The notes under the pieces were generated by a model, which saw only the letters and a list, made by a program, of their open reading frames with translations, was not told the DNA's origin and made no database searches. A stretch of DNA of 7,521 nt from Promethearchaeia archaeon (lineage in GTDB: Archaea; Asgardarchaeota; Lokiarchaeia; Sigyniarchaeales; SOKP01). Shown piece after piece: positions 5,758-7,521 of the stretch. Each line of letters starts with the position of its first letter. The first letter of the stretch is position 1. The translations under genes were made by a program, and so were the position numbers. The DNA lies in contig JAWOFX010000102.1 in the NCBI GenBank assembly GCA_046497275.1, positions 1 to 7,521 on the forward strand, read 5' to 3'.

Positions 5758-6315
5758 GTGATAAAGTTGAAGTATAAACGTAATCAATACTCAGAAGGCT
5801 CTTCGATATGTGCGATTATTATCGGTGCAATTTTTCTTTATTGGGGATTAAGGTATTATATTACTCCCAATATTCTGGATCCTCGTTGGTGGGTCTGGAA
5901 CTGGTGGCCACTCATTTTTCTTATAATAGGTGTTTCAATATTAGCAAGTCAATTTGCTGCTTTGATAAACCGTAGTAAATTAAGAAAAGTTGTAAAACAA
6001 GAATTTTTCAACAATCCAAATGCTTCAGTTGAAGAAATAGCTGCTAACACGGGTATTTCCATAAAAGATATACGAGCAATCATATTAGATCTTAAAGCTT
6101 CCGGAGAATTAAAGGGTAGATTTTCCTCATCAACAGGACAAATGAAATATACAGAAGTCCAGATGAAGGGAACTCCTCAGCCTATACCAGATCAAGGCAT
6201 AACTCCCCCTCCAGAGCCTAAAAAAGCAAACTATTGTCCAAATTGTGGAACTCCGGTTAATAAGGAAGATGCGATCTATTGTCAATATTGTGGCGCGAAA
6301 TTAAATTCAGAATAA
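5758..6315 (+). CDS. Membrane-anchored winged-helix (PCI-like) + zinc-ribbon protein, paralogue B (182-185 aa)
   Basis: Two hydrophobic segments; ASVEEIAANTGISIKDIRAIILDLKASGELKGRFSSSTG; Pro-rich linker; YCPNCG...YCQYCG. The start may be TTG 5767 (LKYKRNQY aligns with MQYRKRNRY of paralogue A), in which case GTGAT at 5758-5762 is the ribosome-binding site. Confidence 0.82.
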   Translation: MIKLKYKRNQYSEGSSICAIIIGAIFLYWGLRYYITPNILDPRWWVWNWWPLIFLIIGVSILASQFAALINRSKLRKVVKQEFFNNPNASVEEIAANTGISIKDIRAIILDLKASGELKGRFSSSTGQMKYTEVQMKGTPQPIPDQGITPPPEPKKANYCPNCGTPVNKEDAIYCQYCGAKLNSE

Positions 6316-6427
6316 TTAGCACTTTTAATCTTATTTCTTTTAATATCTTTTACTTAATTCAACCTTAATTATATTAATGAAAATTATATATAATTAAAAA
6401 GCAATCTAGGTAAAACTGCTTTTCTTC

Positions 6428-6477
6428 ATTGATTTAGATTGATTTAAATAGTCTTGGTCTATTTTATTATTGATTTA
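6428..6477 (+). repeat. Three copies of ATTGATTTA
   Basis: Copies at 6428-6436, 6438-6446 and 6469-6477 in the intergenic region upstream of ORF 6541. Confidence 0.5.
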
Positions 6478-6540
6478 TTTTTCATTTTAAGATATCTGTT
6501 TTAACTCCATAAAAAGATCAGGGTATTGAGGTTGTAGCTT

Positions 6541-6837
6541 ATGAGTGATATAGATAATCAGATTGAGAAATACGTAAAATATTTTAAGAAAAAAAAGAAT
6601 TTAGATTCGAAAAAGAAAGAGGAGATTGATAAAGTTCTTATCTCCGATAAATATTTTGAATTTATTGATAATGTGTATAATTATTTTAATTCAAAAAAAG
6701 GATCTAACTCGCAAGAAAATAAAGAACGTTTAGCTATTGAGTGTTATTTAGATGCTGATGAAGCAATAACTCACTTTTGGAAAGAATTATTGGGAAATAA
6801 CCTAACTGAAGAAATTCGTGCACATTTAAAAATTTAA
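6541..6837 (+). CDS. Hypothetical small charged, probably helical protein (98 aa)
   Basis: ATG start with GAGGT (6528-6532) 8 nt upstream; fills the gap between genes; natural-looking amphipathic composition. No family recognised. Confidence 0.7.
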   Translation: MSDIDNQIEKYVKYFKKKKNLDSKKKEEIDKVLISDKYFEFIDNVYNYFNSKKGSNSQENKERLAIECYLDADEAITHFWKELLGNNLTEEIRAHLKI

Positions 6838-6972
6838 TAAAATTTTCTATTATTATTTGATTTCTAACAACACATATCGATTTACATTTTATAATTTCTA
6901 TTTTCTTTATACCTATATCCAATTTAAGAAAGAATTAATAAAAAATAAAAAAAGATTAAATTTTGCTTATTT

Positions 6973-7521
6973 TTAAGTCTCTGATTCATTAGGTATTGAT
7001 TCTCCTAATTCACTCAGATATTTCTTCCGTCTTTCCTCATGGATTTTAACCAAGGCGCTTTTCATTTCGTCAACAACTTCTCCAGTTAGGGGATAAAAAA
7101 TTACCCAGATGATAAAACCAAATAGAGCTACCAATCCAGGAATAAGTCCCATCGCAATATTTACACCGAGGAATGCATTAAATGATCCCATAATTGGTGT
7201 TAATCCTAATCCCTCAACATAGATTAAGCCAAATATTGTCATGAGAGTTGTGGGAGTTGCTAATGCAACACTAATCATAGGTTTGCTAATTAGAGGACCA
7301 ATACCGGCATATAATCCTTCGCGTCGTTCCCCTGATATCTTCCAAAAGTCATAATCAATTGTATCAGCTCGCATCGGATTGTGGAGAATGAAGTCTCCAG
7401 CAAACGCAAGAAACACTATTGAAAATCCAATGCATAATAAATACCATAGACCCGTAAAAGCAAGAGTAAAACTAAGTATAAATCCCAAAGCTAAGACTCC
7501 TTGATTAAAACTTAACGCTTT
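6973..7521 (-). CDS. Second GPH-family MFS transporter, 3' part only (5'-truncated by the window edge)
   Basis: The frame is open to position 7521 (KALSFNQGVLALGFILSF...), so TTG 7488 is internal. GPH C-terminal motif ADTIDYDFWKISGERREGLYAGI and a YPLT tail as in 2056..3447. Confidence 0.88.
   Translation of the reverse strand, partial: KALSFNQGVLALGFILSFTLAFTGLWYLLCIGFSIVFLAFAGDFILHNPMRADTIDYDFWKISGERREGLYAGIGPLISKPMISVALATPTTLMTIFGLIYVEGLGLTPIMGSFNAFLGVNIAMGLIPGLVALFGFIIWVIFYPLTGEVVDEMKSALVKIHEERRKKYLSELGESIPNESET

Noticed and set aside
6382-6395. AT-only palindromes (AATTATATATAATT here; also 3531-3543 and 5144-5155)
   Set aside because: Expected by chance in very AT-rich intergenic DNA.
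6734-6922. 62-aa minus-strand ORF
   Set aside because: Overlaps ORF 6541..6837 antisense and AT-rich intergenic DNA; no support.
7486-7488. TTG start for the right-hand transporter
   Set aside because: The frame stays open to the window end and the N-terminal half of the MFS fold is missing, so this codon is internal.
1-7521. CRISPR array, tRNA, rRNA, TnpB/IscB or toxin-antitoxin genes
   Set aside because: No regularly spaced repeats, cloverleaf or GC-rich structured RNA, RuvC motifs or TA-like gene pair were seen.

Overview
AT-rich window, most likely archaeal and probably Asgard (Loki/Promethearchaeota-like). This assignment is inferred from TATA-like boxes about 23-26 nt before start codons, GTGAT-type ribosome-binding motifs, a Roadblock/LC7 protein and membrane-anchored winged-helix/zinc-ribbon proteins. 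Left to right: (1) an intact IS1634-family DDE transposase with unresolved ends, bracketed by a 12/14 direct repeat and, further out, by a 23/25 inverted repeat; (2) a GPH-family (MelB-like) MFS transporter divergent from a clear iolN-like gene (3-dehydro-scyllo-inosose hydrolase, creatininase fold) with no other iol genes in the window; (3) two oppositely oriented paralogues (2 TM + PCI-like winged helix + CxxC...CxxC zinc ribbon) flanking a Roadblock/LC7 gene; (4) a 98-aa orphan ORF; (5) the 3' part of a second GPH transporter running off the right edge. No rRNA, tRNA or CRISPR array was seen. The best novelty candidates are the Roadblock + winged-helix/zinc-ribbon membrane module and the stand-alone transporter-iolN pair. 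All family calls rest on motif recognition by eye, not database searches.
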